DNA from: an uncultured cyanobacterium
Lineage (GTDB): Bacteria > Cyanobacteriota > Cyanobacteriia > Cyanobacteriales > Nostocaceae
DNA: 64,000 nt
Direction: 5' to 3'
Assembly (NCBI GenBank): GCA_963740315.1
Contig: CAVUDP010000001.1
Coordinates: 1,440,001 to 1,504,000 of the forward strand
A program made the translations under genes and the position numbers. Shown in pieces: positions 63,691-64,000 of this stretch (within the stretch, counting starts at the first letter, position 1; each line of letters begins with the position of its first letter). The notes below the pieces were generated by a model that saw only the letters and a program-made list of their open reading frames with translations, did no database searches and was not told the origin of the DNA.

Positions 63691-64000
63691 AATAAACAAT
63701 TTATCCATCTTTCACAGTTTAAGTAAGCGTTAATAATCGCGGTGAGCAGCGCAATAAAATTTAAGTAGTGTACATAGATAATTAGTAGCAAGCTTCAATT
63801 TAAATCTATGTATTTTTACATTAATATTGAATTTTAAACTAGTAACTTGATACTTTTTAATACTAAAAAACGTATTAATACATAAGATAATGCTTTACTA
63901 ATGTAATATTTATAAACAGAAAAAATAATATTTTATCGTAGAAAAATAGTATTTTTATTTACCTCGATTGGATGATTAATTTTGAAGTTGAAACAAGTTA

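Larger units (their letters stand above)
56616..64000. mobile_element. Integrative element (prophage/satellite/integrated plasmid-like) at tRNA-Cys; right end outside the window
   Basis: Integrase directly after the tRNA, followed by xis-like, XRE, initiator, DnaB and ParB-like genes. Confidence 0.8.

Overview
AT-rich DNA from a filamentous, probably heterocystous cyanobacterium (Nostocales/Rivulariaceae-like; inferred from abundant HIP1 GCGATCGC, heptamer STRR tracts, cpcT and the gene families present). The window has three zones. (1) 1-26.3 kb is an accessory secretion and phosphorus-scavenging locus. It holds the end of an RTX-type protein, a PhoA-family alkaline phosphatase, an SGNH hydrolase, a 1614-aa EEP/phytase-like/phytase/SGNH fusion, a frameshifted LTD + 7x Ig-like protein, a PPIase-HlyB-HlyD type I secretion module and a vWA/Calx-beta protein. 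Four signal-peptide-less proteins end in the same ~155-aa DUF4114-like tail (REAxxDN...FEDLxNGGDxDFND). Three further relic copies of that tail are present, and three of the genes carry 11-bp-phased Pho boxes. This is the best candidate for an undescribed system. (2) 26.8-56.6 kb is mostly core genes (hppD, hisIE, hemL, recA with a LexA box, dcd, thyX, aroA, moaA, cpcT, cpdA, tRNA-Cys). It also contains an unannotated IS200/IS605-derived non-autonomous element retaining a TnpB omegaRNA-like end, an orphan NtcA-type promoter, a phased DnaA-box-like array and an adenylate kinase relic. (3) 56.6-64 kb is the left part of an element integrated at tRNA-Cys: frameshifted tyrosine integrase, excisionase-like gene, XRE regulator with twin operators, a replication initiator with internal palindromic iterons, DnaB and a ParB-like protein. 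All family assignments come from motif recognition, not from database searches.
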